A stretch of DNA of 64,000 bases from a bacterium (GTDB lineage Bacteria > Zhuqueibacterota > Zhuqueibacteria > Residuimicrobiales > Krinioviventaceae): assembly GCA_963693055.1 (NCBI GenBank), contig OY843751.1:736001-800000 (forward strand), read 5' to 3'. The position numbers were made by a program, and so were the translations under genes. A model generated the notes under the pieces. That model did not search any database, was not told the origin of the DNA, and saw only the letters and a list, made by a program, of their open reading frames with translations. Of this stretch, positions 1 to 8,826 are shown one piece after another (position 1 is the first letter of the stretch; every line of letters starts with the position of its first letter).

Positions 1-1495
1 TGTTATTTTTTAATGTAAGCGTATGCGTGCCAGGAGCAAGACGGGCATAGTCTTGCAATGGCGTCTGGCCAATGTATTTATCATTGATATAAACATCACC
101 CCAGGGATAGAGCTTGCATTGAAAATATCCGCAAAGGGTGTCAAGATCAATAGCAATAGTTCTTTTAATTTGGGGTTCTATTTTAATTATTTGTTCATAA
201 TCCGGGTATTCGGGATGTTTCAGTACAAGTGTATGCTGTCCCGGCAATATGGATATATCATCCTCGAGAGGAGTGGTATCTATATATTTAGAATCTATCC
301 AAACCTGGGCCCAGGGACTGCATTGAATTTCAATACTGCCGGGAAGGTTTGATGTTTCCGTTACTGTCTCTGTTTCATGTGTGTTCTTTGGAGTGCTGGT
401 AGATATGCTTTGGGGTGCAATATCTGCCGGTTGAACGGTTAATGCGTCAGGCGTTTTAGTCAAAGAATCCTGATTTATCTCTGTACTATCCGGATTGATG
501 GTGGTTTGTGGTGTTGTCTGGTTTTGTACCAACTCATTTGTGCTATTGGGACGATTGCTTTTCTGCTGCCACAAAAAGATAAAAGAAGATATGGACACGA
601 TAATCATTATAATAATAACAAGCCGATAACTGTTGCTGATTTTAGGTGGGAGCGGTGCAGCGACCGGCACTGCCTTGACCGGTTCATGGTCCATAGCTTG
701 TAGGACCTCTTGAGCAGAACCCGGTCTGTTTGCGGCAGCTTTGTTTAATAAGCGGACCACATTGTGGCGAAAATCGTCTGCAATATCTGCAACGGGACCC
801 AGCTCAGGAGTACAGGCATTGCTGATAATATTGTTTAGCGTTTCACCGGCGTCTTGACCCAGAAATGGATTTTTGCCGGTAATGAGTTCGTAACCGAGGA
901 TGCCGAGTGAAAACAGATCAGTAGATGGCGTAAGTGACTCGCCGCGTATCTGTTCCGGAGACATGTAACCCGGTGTGCCCACAATGGATTCCTGCTGCGT
1001 GGCGTGAGGTTCATCTTTGACTAATGCCAGACCAAAATCTGCAATCTTGATTTTGCCGGAATCATCTACCAGAACATTTTCCGGTTTTATATCCCGGTGG
1101 ATGATATTTAACCGGTGCGCGGCATCCAAACCGCGTAGGATACCGATAAAGATATTTTCCTTATCTTGCGGTGTCAAATCTCCCTTGCGCAAAACCTTGC
1201 GAAGGTCCTGACTGGGGAAATATTCAAAAGAGATGTAGAACCAGTTTTGGTATGTGCCAAAATCAAAAACGCGGATAATATTGGGATGTTCAAGTCGGGC
1301 AAGCAGACGTGCCTCGCGACGAAATCGATCAAGAATTGCAGGATTTGCCAGATTTTCCTGATTCAGGGTTTTTAGAAATATCTTTTTTCCCAGATAAATA
1401 TGGTCTGCTATATAGATTCCGGTATTGCTGTCTTTTTTGACGCAGGACAATACCTGAAATTTTTCAAACAATATGTCATTCTGTTGATCTGGCAT
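1..1495 (-). CDS. Hanks-type Ser/Thr protein kinase with TM helix and C-terminal PEGA-like domains (3' end runs off the window)
   Basis: Not in the ORF track because there is no stop inside the window. Manual translation from ATG 1495 gives MPDQQNDILFEKF...RFRREARLLARLEHPNII...IIHRDIKPENVLV...KIADFGLA...GTPGYMSPEQ, then a hydrophobic stretch (LVIIIMIIVSISSFIFLW), a Thr/Pro-rich linker and two repeats (PWAQVWIDSKYIDTTP; PWGDVYINDKYIGQTP). Confidence 0.93.
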   Translation of the reverse strand, partial: MPDQQNDILFEKFQVLSCVKKDSNTGIYIADHIYLGKKIFLKTLNQENLANPAILDRFRREARLLARLEHPNIIRVFDFGTYQNWFYISFEYFPSQDLRKVLRKGDLTPQDKENIFIGILRGLDAAHRLNIIHRDIKPENVLVDDSGKIKIADFGLALVKDEPHATQQESIVGTPGYMSPEQIRGESLTPSTDLFSLGILGYELITGKNPFLGQDAGETLNNIISNACTPELGPVADIADDFRHNVVRLLNKAAANRPGSAQEVLQAMDHEPVKAVPVAAPLPPKISNSYRLVIIIMIIVSISSFIFLWQQKSNRPNSTNELVQNQTTPQTTINPDSTEINQDSLTKTPDALTVQPADIAPQSISTSTPKNTHETETVTETSNLPGSIEIQCSPWAQVWIDSKYIDTTPLEDDISILPGQHTLVLKHPEYPDYEQIIKIEPQIKRTIAIDLDTLCGYFQCKLYPWGDVYINDKYIGQTPLQDYARLAPGTHTLTLKNN

Positions 1496-1508
1496 GTGGT
1501 GATTCGTA

Positions 1509-3014
1509 TTATATGTCCTGCTGTTCTTCTATTTCTTTTAATTTCATCTGTACCCACCGTACGGATACTCCCAAAGATTTGGCGGTTTGTGTGCGGTTGT
1601 CGTCATATTCTTGCAAGCGTTTAAGCAGCAAAAGCTTTTCAAAATCTTTAATGCTACCCGAAAAATCGGTGAGTTGGTTATCATCTTCAAAAATGATATG
1701 GTCTGGCTGCAGCTCTGAACCGTCACACATGATGAGCGCGCGCTGTAATATGTTTTCAAGCTGGCGAACATTGCCGGGCCAGTTGTAGCTTTCAAGCTTT
1801 TGCAGCGTTTTAGCAGAGATATGGATTTTTTTGTCCGTATGTTTACTGATCAGATGCGATGCCAATAACGCAATATCTGTTCTGCGCTCACGCAAAGGAG
1901 GTAATACGATTGGAAAAACATTGAGCCGGTAGAACAGGTCTTGTCTGAATTTACCCTGTGATACAAATTGTTTGAGGTCACGGTTGGTTGCGGCAATAAT
2001 GCGCACATCTACTTTTTTAACCTGGGTGTCGCCCACGCGAATGATTTCCTGGTTCTGGATGACTCGCAGCAGCTTGGCCTGTGTAGACATGGAGATGTCT
2101 CCAATCTCGTCCAGAAAGAATGTACCACCGGTTGCGACTTCAAACAGCCCTTTTTTATCGGTAGTTGCTCCAGAGAATGCGCCTTTTTTGTACCCAAATA
2201 GCTCACTTTCCAACAGGGTGTCTGGAATGGAACCACAGAACTGGGCTATATAGGGTTTGTTTTTGCGTTTGCTGAGTGTATGAATGGCCCGCGCTGCCAG
2301 ATCTTTACCGGTGCCGCTTTCACCCATTAACAATACTGTTGCATCGGTAGCTGCAACCCGATGGATGAGATTGGCGGATTTTTGGATCTCTTTACTTTTG
2401 CCAATCATATTGGGTATCTCGGTAAAGGCCTCTACCTGTTTTTTGAGCAGTCGGTTTTCGTCGCTCAGGTTTTCCATTTTTTCAAGTTTTTCCAGCGAGA
2501 GGGAAACCAGGTTGGCAAGAAATTCCAGAAACTGTAAATTTTCTTCGGTAAAGTTTTTCCGGTCTGCCTGACTGTCTGCCACAATTACGCCCCAAAGCGA
2601 ATTATTTAGCATGATGGGGACGCCTATAACAGACTGTATTTTATGAATTTGTATGCTTTCAAACTGGGATATACTGGGGTTGCTTTGCACATCGTGATAT
2701 AAACAGGATTTCTTGCTGTCTAGTACCTTGTTTAAAATTCCGGAAGAAAATTCTGATAGATCATGGATATCCTGCTGGGCAAGGTTACGAGCTGCAATGC
2801 AACGAAAAGATTCTGACGAGTGATCATATTGCGCAATCAGTGCGCGCTCTGCATTCATTACTTTAACAACCAGATCCAGAACATCTGACGTAAGATTTTC
2901 CTGTACTTCGGAACCATTTAATAACTGGCTGATTTGATACAGCGCGTCAAACTGGTCTTTGTGTATTTGTCCTAATTTTCCAAGATCGGGTTGTGTATTC
3001 ATTGTATTTGTCAT
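1509..3014 (-). CDS. GAF-domain sigma54-dependent transcriptional activator (NifA/FhlA-like, Fis HTH)
   Basis: N-terminal GAF-like region, Walker A GESGTGKD, ESELFG..GAFSGA loop, FFLDEIGD, WPGNVRQL and a C-terminal HTH. Start placed at ATG 3014, which overlaps the upstream stop (TAATG). Confidence 0.93.
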   Translation of the reverse strand: MTNTMNTQPDLGKLGQIHKDQFDALYQISQLLNGSEVQENLTSDVLDLVVKVMNAERALIAQYDHSSESFRCIAARNLAQQDIHDLSEFSSGILNKVLDSKKSCLYHDVQSNPSISQFESIQIHKIQSVIGVPIMLNNSLWGVIVADSQADRKNFTEENLQFLEFLANLVSLSLEKLEKMENLSDENRLLKKQVEAFTEIPNMIGKSKEIQKSANLIHRVAATDATVLLMGESGTGKDLAARAIHTLSKRKNKPYIAQFCGSIPDTLLESELFGYKKGAFSGATTDKKGLFEVATGGTFFLDEIGDISMSTQAKLLRVIQNQEIIRVGDTQVKKVDVRIIAATNRDLKQFVSQGKFRQDLFYRLNVFPIVLPPLRERRTDIALLASHLISKHTDKKIHISAKTLQKLESYNWPGNVRQLENILQRALIMCDGSELQPDHIIFEDDNQLTDFSGSIKDFEKLLLLKRLQEYDDNRTQTAKSLGVSVRWVQMKLKEIEEQQDI

Positions 3015-4000
3015 TAGTATACCACCGTAAAAGATGCGGGTTTTGAACGGGACTGGTTTTGAAACGGATCTACACACCAGATCCACCAATAATAGTCACC
3101 TTCAGGTAATGCCTGATCGATCAGTACAGATGTACTGTCTGAAGAGATATTGGATTTTGACCAGACGAGTGTTCTTTCAAAATCGTATTTATAAACTTCT
3201 ATGTTGAGCTGAAAGTCAAAGCCGGGCTCAAAAAGTTCCCATTCTAGCAATGGATTTTTCCCCACCTCTTTGTTTGCGGTTGGACTTGTCATGGTAATCT
3301 GATCCAGAATGGTGCGAATGGCCCTGCCATTACCCAAATGTATAGTATGGTTGTATCTGTCTTTGACATAAACGCCAAAGGTATAGCCAACGATCTGACG
3401 AATAGAGCCTACATTTAAATCAGACGCTATAAATTCGTCTTCAAACAAACGTATAGAGTGATCGTATGTTAATTGTCTTTTTAGCCCCCAATAGTCATTT
3501 TGGATGTAGATGGAATCAATATCATTGTCCTGGTCTGTTATTCCAACGGAAACGATTAAAGACATATCCTGAATTGCCGGGAACGAGTTGACTACCTTTG
3601 TGTAAAAAATAAGGCTGTCAGTTTGCGGAAAGGCGTTTAAATTCACATCAATATCATAGCGACCATCAGCGGACCAGGAGACACTCACCGTATCCGGCAT
3701 GTACCCGTCTTTGGTGAAAACCAGATTGCCCTGGCGAGGCAATATGTTGCAAATGTTGAATTTCCCAAACTTGTTGGTTTTTACCAGTACATTGTCAGTT
3801 GCCCAGTAAACACTTGCATTGTCAAGGGGAGCGGGTGGAACGCTCAGGGTTTTGACAGTACCTGTGATCTCACCCAGGTCATTATCCGGATTTTCGGGAT
3901 CAAAGGGATTTTCGCGTGGAGCATTGCACTGTATGAATAGCAAACATACCAGGATTGCAATCCGTTTGAAAGAGAATTTTTTTGAGATCAATGCTGTCAT
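3014..4000 (-). CDS. Putative lipoprotein with carboxypeptidase-regulatory-like/Ig-like domains
   Basis: Basic N-terminus, hydrophobic stretch and Cys (LLFIQC), followed by RENPFDPEN. Beta-rich body ending in a fibronectin-like YYWWI motif. Confidence 0.65.
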   Translation of the reverse strand: MTALISKKFSFKRIAILVCLLFIQCNAPRENPFDPENPDNDLGEITGTVKTLSVPPAPLDNASVYWATDNVLVKTNKFGKFNICNILPRQGNLVFTKDGYMPDTVSVSWSADGRYDIDVNLNAFPQTDSLIFYTKVVNSFPAIQDMSLIVSVGITDQDNDIDSIYIQNDYWGLKRQLTYDHSIRLFEDEFIASDLNVGSIRQIVGYTFGVYVKDRYNHTIHLGNGRAIRTILDQITMTSPTANKEVGKNPLLEWELFEPGFDFQLNIEVYKYDFERTLVWSKSNISSDSTSVLIDQALPEGDYYWWIWCVDPFQNQSRSKPASFTVVY

Positions 4001-4291
4001 ATTTATCGTTCAATTGTTGGGAATGTCCCAAGATACTGAAAAAAGTAAATTTCTCCTAATGAAATAAAGCCACCCTCTGGTTCAAATTAAAAAAAAATAC
4101 GGGAAAAGTAAAGGATTTTGAGGAGAAAAAGAATGAAATATGAGGTTAAAATTTTTAAAATTTATGCATATGGCTTTTATGAATAATTACCAAACATGGG
4201 AACCTGGGTAAAAAGTTGTACGTTAATATTTTGACCAAACACCATGGGATATTTTAAAAATCCATATTACCTGCATAACAGAGGGGAATTT

Positions 4292-4906
4292 ATGAAAAAG
4301 CAGTCTGGCTTTTATGTGATTATTGTGCTGATTTTATTTTGCACTCATGCAAGATCAATGGAATTGGGAGTGATAGGCGGGGCCAATGCAGAGCGCCATA
4401 CCTTTAAGGACTATGAACCGGAAATGTATTCATACCCAATAAACTATTCTGTTGGATTGTATGGAGAATGGCCGTTTTATAAACAATTGACAGTGCTTTC
4501 CGAGTTAAACTATGCCGAATATGTATCAAAATATGGCTATCCGTGTTCCTGTGAGTGGTGGGTAGATGCAACAAGGAGAAAACGGTTATTGTCTGTTCCG
4601 GTAATGCTGAAATTTACTAAAACCAATGGTATATATATTAATTTGGGAATGTCATTGCGCTATAATTTTGAAAACTATCGAAAAACTGAAATTGGTTATG
4701 ATACCTATGAAAGAATAGTTTATAATAAATTTGATAGTTTTCTCGAATTCGGTCTGGGGAAACAGTTTTATGACAAGCGGCTACCAGTCCGTTTTGAATT
4801 GCGTGCTTCCCGCGGCAGTATGGGACTGTTTGAGACCCGCGGAGACGATTGGGGATACTGGCAATACCAGATATTGCTGGGCGTGGCGTTGTGGGAGAGT
4901 AATTGA
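4292..4906 (+). CDS. Outer-membrane beta-barrel protein (PorT/OMP_b-brl_2-like)
   Basis: Signal peptide from ATG 4292 (RBS GAGGGG), 'LGVIGGAN', 'LSVPVMLKF', alternating aromatic strands. Confidence 0.65.
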   Translation: MKKQSGFYVIIVLILFCTHARSMELGVIGGANAERHTFKDYEPEMYSYPINYSVGLYGEWPFYKQLTVLSELNYAEYVSKYGYPCSCEWWVDATRRKRLLSVPVMLKFTKTNGIYINLGMSLRYNFENYRKTEIGYDTYERIVYNKFDSFLEFGLGKQFYDKRLPVRFELRASRGSMGLFETRGDDWGYWQYQILLGVALWESN

Positions 4907-5307
4907 TTTGAAATTAATTGACACATTTGTTCTGGGATAGTAATTTAAATCGGGCCAATAAAAGGAGTACAGTCCGTTTATGGACTGTGTGTCCACCGTC
5001 AGGTGGGCAATTTTTGGGTGTTTGCATACGAGGCTAAAATCGATATGGTTTTTGTTTTACATCAAATGTATGATCGTGAGCATGTTTATAGTTAGCGTTT
5101 AAAATATCAATGTCCGGGACAGGCGTTCCGTGCTGAGTAAAGATTCATTGAATATTGAACTCGTTCCCCAATAGTCTTTTGGATTTAATCATGCCAACCA
5201 CGGAATTGATATTATTATTTGTAAATTGATTGGATTTTTTTAAATTGACATGGGTGGTCATTGAGGAATTATCCCGCAAATAATATATAAATAGAGGAAC
5301 CCAATAG

Positions 5308-6000
5308 ATGAAATTCAAGCTGTTGATATGCATTTGTGTTTTGTTGGCTGGTCAGATTGGCGCATCTCCCTTTTCCAATATGTATATTTATTTGGGGCAG
5401 AATCTGTCTTCATTTCAGGATGAGGCAAGCAAGAGTTCGTTTAGCAGTTGTATTGGTGTTGGCTATAATTTGAAAACGTTCCAACGGACAAGCCTTGCAG
5501 TTGAATTGTTTTTAACGAATAAGGACGCAAAATTAAAAAGTAAACATATTCAGGGCGCATTTGAATCCACCCGGTATAACACTGTGTATGATATAAATTG
5601 CTCTGTGGGCTCGATTGATATACCTATCATCTTGAAATATAATATACCTTTTACAAAACAGTTACATTTTAATGTTTTGTCTGGCCTCCAATACAGCCAG
5701 AATATTACGGATGGGGCTGATATGAGTATGCCATATTCAGTCGGGCTGCGAGATGAAAATGAGCCTCAAGTATATGATTACACGCTTTATCCTGATCGGG
5801 ACAAGTATTATATTTTTGAAAATAGAGGGTTTGGATTGCTTTTTGGCTTTTCAATGGATGTATTGGTTTTGACGTTCCAGGCCCGTTATGTGTATTCATT
5901 GAATTATACGCTCCATACTGTAAACTATATCGAGATCAATGAAAAAATGAACACGCTTTATTTGACTGTGGGTATCGATTTGGGGAAAATGAAATTTTAA
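5308..6000 (+). CDS. Outer-membrane beta-barrel protein (PorT/OMP_b-brl_2-like)
   Basis: Signal peptide, 'IDIPIILKY' motif, amphipathic strands and a terminal Phe. Confidence 0.65.
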   Translation: MKFKLLICICVLLAGQIGASPFSNMYIYLGQNLSSFQDEASKSSFSSCIGVGYNLKTFQRTSLAVELFLTNKDAKLKSKHIQGAFESTRYNTVYDINCSVGSIDIPIILKYNIPFTKQLHFNVLSGLQYSQNITDGADMSMPYSVGLRDENEPQVYDYTLYPDRDKYYIFENRGFGLLFGFSMDVLVLTFQARYVYSLNYTLHTVNYIEINEKMNTLYLTVGIDLGKMKF

Positions 6001-6143
6001 ATCACGCAATTTTTTATCTGCCTACGAAAGAGCATGAAAAATGCTTTATCGTGTAATGATGATTCCGCGTGACGGATGTCCCATACATATATTCCGAGAT
6101 GCAGGAATCTGCATCTCGATCAATTTATATTGGGGAAAAGTGG

Positions 6144-6701
6144 TTATTTGATGAGTTTTGAAATCTGTTTAAACTCGTCAGTGCCCGAGGTGTAGAGCAG
6201 TTCAAACAATGCCATTTCGGCGGTGGTTACCGTTATTTTCTGCTGGCGCATACGGTCGAGGGCCGTGTCATGATCGAGGGGTTTGCGCGAGGTTACCGCG
6301 TCTGCGCAAACGGCCACCTGCATTCCAAAATATTTCAATTCCAGTGCGGACTGCATAACGCAGACATGTGTTTCTATACCGGCAACAACGATCTGGTGAA
6401 TTCCCTGACTCTCAATGTCACGTACCAGGTCGTGTTGTCCGCAGACAGAAAACGTACTTTTTTCATAGGCTTTTCGGTCACCCATCAGTTTACGCAGGGC
6501 AGGTTCTGTGGGTCCCAAGCCTTTCGGATATTGTTCGGTAAAAAATACAGGCAGATTGAGAATGTCAAAGCCTTGTATCAACAGGGAGGTACGGTCAATT
6601 ACAGCCTGACGCTGTTGCATGACCTGTGCAATGCGCTCCTGAATATCGATAACCAACAGGGCGCTTTGCTTGCGGTCCTGTAAATTGGGGTGCCGGTTCA
6701 T
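6144..6701 (-). CDS. Isochorismatase-family (YcaC/ISOC-like) hydrolase
   Basis: LLVIDIQER, TEQYPKGLGPT, KSTFS and GIETHVCV motifs. Start moved to ATG 6701 to avoid overlap with greA. Confidence 0.92.
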   Translation of the reverse strand: MNRHPNLQDRKQSALLVIDIQERIAQVMQQRQAVIDRTSLLIQGFDILNLPVFFTEQYPKGLGPTEPALRKLMGDRKAYEKSTFSVCGQHDLVRDIESQGIHQIVVAGIETHVCVMQSALELKYFGMQVAVCADAVTSRKPLDHDTALDRMRQQKITVTTAEMALFELLYTSGTDEFKQISKLIK

Positions 6702-6718
6702 TTCGTCAAATCCCCATT

Positions 6719-7192
6719 TCAAAATTCAATATCCACAACTTTGTATTCAATTTTACCGGCGGGTATTTTGATTTCCACTACATCGCCAACCTCTTTACCG
6801 ATGAGTGCTTTGCCTACCGGAGAATCTACGGAAATGGCATCCAGATCAGAGCTGTTAAACTCGGCAGTGGGAACAAGCTGGTATACAATCTCTTCATCTG
6901 TACCGGCTTCAATCAGTTTGACCGTACAGCCAACAAGAACGCGGCTGTTGCTCATCATTTCTTCGGTTAAAACCCGCGCGCGGGACAATGTTTCTTCAAG
7001 ACGAGCAATTTTACCTTCAATCAGGGCCTGTTTTTCTTTGGCGGCCGCGTATTCGGCATTTTCTTTTAAATCTCCATGATCACGTGCGTCAGAAATAGCC
7101 TGAATGACCTCTCTGCGGTCAACACGTTTCATTTGGTCAAGCTCGGCTTTCAATTTATCAAATTGTTCCTGAGATAAATACATAGCCTTCAT
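6719..7192 (-). CDS. greA: Transcription elongation factor GreA
   Basis: ARDHGDLKENAEYAAAKEKQ and ISVDSPVGKALIGK motifs. 157 aa from ATG 7192 with an AAGGA RBS. Confidence 0.96.
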   Translation of the reverse strand: MKAMYLSQEQFDKLKAELDQMKRVDRREVIQAISDARDHGDLKENAEYAAAKEKQALIEGKIARLEETLSRARVLTEEMMSNSRVLVGCTVKLIEAGTDEEIVYQLVPTAEFNSSDLDAISVDSPVGKALIGKEVGDVVEIKIPAGKIEYKVVDIEF

Positions 7193-7254
7193 ATTAGATT
7201 CCTTTTTGTTTACACCCGGTTGTTTATTTTTAAAAAAATCAATTTCGAAAAATA

Positions 7255-7300
7255 TAAAAAAACAAACCGGGTCACAAGAATTCTTGTAAACCCGGTTTGT
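7255..7300 (-). terminator. Intrinsic terminator in the greA 5' leader (putative attenuator)
   Basis: Minus strand reads ACAAACCGGGT-TTACAAGAATTCTTGTG-ACCCGGTTTGT followed by a T-run. It lies between the promoter and the greA start. Confidence 0.75.
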
Positions 7301-7307
7301 CTTGTAT

Positions 7308-7336
7308 AAACTACAAAAAACAGAGCATCTTGTCAA
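7308..7336 (-). promoter_or_regulatory. Sigma70-type promoter for greA
   Basis: TTGACA (7336-7331), 17-bp spacer, TAGTTT (7313-7308). Confidence 0.7.
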
Positions 7337-7425
7337 GGAAAATCGACCAAGTTCATAATTTTTATGAATTTCCTTGTTTATTTTAAGATAAGTCTTAAAT
7401 TGTGCAAAAAACAGGAGTCTAATGA

Positions 7426-7947
7426 ATGAAAGATATTATCGTCATTACAACCGGCGGTACTATAGAAAAAACCTATGATGAGGAAACCGGCATATTGATG
7501 AACCGGCATTCTCAATTGCGTTCCATGATGAAAAAGATCAGGCTGCCCTATACCCGTATCAACCAGCAGGAGCTGTTGTGCAAAGATTCGCTGGAAATGA
7601 CAGACAAGGACCGGCAGGCTATATTAAAATCTGTCGAATCATACCTGTTTCAGGACAGGCCTATAGTGATCTTGCACGGTACGGATACCATGGCGGTAAC
7701 AGCGCAGTATATTTACGACAATATTCGTGAGCTGCATGTACCGGTGGTGTTTACAGGCGCCATGCGTCCATTTGGATTCGAGAATTCCGATGCAATCCAG
7801 AATTTTACCGAAGCGCTTATGGCGTGCTCGCTCTTGAAACCGGGTGTGTATATATCCATGCATAATGAAATCCATATACTTCCGGGTGTAAGAAAGAACC
7901 GGGAGAAACGGACATTCGAAAGTTTTGATATAGAAGGAGAAGAATAG
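7426..7947 (+). CDS. Short-chain L-asparaginase (N-terminal catalytic domain only)
   Basis: TTGGTIEK and HGTDTM catalytic motifs, VVFTGAM; 173 aa. Confidence 0.9.
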   Translation: MKDIIVITTGGTIEKTYDEETGILMNRHSQLRSMMKKIRLPYTRINQQELLCKDSLEMTDKDRQAILKSVESYLFQDRPIVILHGTDTMAVTAQYIYDNIRELHVPVVFTGAMRPFGFENSDAIQNFTEALMACSLLKPGVYISMHNEIHILPGVRKNREKRTFESFDIEGEE

Positions 7948-8826
7948 ATGCAAGTACGATTAACTGTGATTTTGATATTGGCGGCGTTCTGTCAACTGTT
8001 TGCGATTCCACATGGCAAAGTGGTTGAAGGATTAAAGATGAAAAGTGAAATTGTGGGTTACGATGTGAATTTTTCTGTGTATTTACCACCGGATTATGAT
8101 TATTCGAGCCGGGCGTATCCGGTTGTTTATCTGCTGCATGGATACAGCGATAATGAAACCGCCTGGGTGCAGTTTGGTCAAGTGCATATGGCAGCGGATG
8201 AGGCCATTGCCAACCGCGAAATACCAGCCATGATCATTGTTATGCCCGATGCAAAAATAACCTGGTATGCCAATGACATTGCCGGCAAGGATCGTTATGA
8301 AGATATGTTTTTTGAAGAATTGATACCCTACGTAGAATCCATTTATCGTATTCGTGCGAAAAAAGAGTATCGCGGTGTTTGCGGGCTGTCAATGGGTGGA
8401 TTTGGATCGCTATTGTATGCCATGCACCATCCCGATATGTTTGCGGCTTGCGCTCCGTTCAGTGCCGGTGTTTTTACCGATGCAGAAATGGTAGATATGG
8501 AAACCAAAACATATTCTCATTATTTTCAAAACTTGTTTAGTGACAGTCATAACAGCGACAAACGTTTGACTGCGTATTGGAAGGATAACAATCCTTTGGA
8601 ACTTGCTAAAACCCTGCCGGTAGAATCCTTGAAAAGTGTGCGCTATTATGTGGATTGCGGAGATGATGATTTCCTAATACGTGGTAATTGTGAATTGCAT
8701 TTAACACTCAAAGATCGTGAAATTCCGCACGAGTTTAGGGTAAGAGACGGTTCGCACAACTGGACCTATTGGCGCACCGGTATTGCAGATGCGTTAAAAT
8801 TTATCGGCAAGAGCTTTCACAGATAA
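7948..8826 (+). CDS. Secreted alpha/beta-hydrolase esterase (putative esterase/CE1-like)
   Basis: Signal peptide, VYLPPDY...YPVVYLLHG, nucleophile elbow GLSMGG, DGSHNWTYW. Confidence 0.88.
   Translation: MQVRLTVILILAAFCQLFAIPHGKVVEGLKMKSEIVGYDVNFSVYLPPDYDYSSRAYPVVYLLHGYSDNETAWVQFGQVHMAADEAIANREIPAMIIVMPDAKITWYANDIAGKDRYEDMFFEELIPYVESIYRIRAKKEYRGVCGLSMGGFGSLLYAMHHPDMFAACAPFSAGVFTDAEMVDMETKTYSHYFQNLFSDSHNSDKRLTAYWKDNNPLELAKTLPVESLKSVRYYVDCGDDDFLIRGNCELHLTLKDREIPHEFRVRDGSHNWTYWRTGIADALKFIGKSFHR

Noticed and set aside
7193-7336. 48-aa N-terminal extension of GreA in the ORF track
   Set aside because: Its TTG 'start' is the -35 box, and the region holds the promoter and terminator. GreA homology begins at 7192.
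8769-8825. Upstream TTG start for lhr, and similar extended starts for gltD, HlyIII, GH29 and the sigma54 activator
   Set aside because: They overlap neighbouring genes. Downstream ATGs with an RBS or stop-start coupling fit better.
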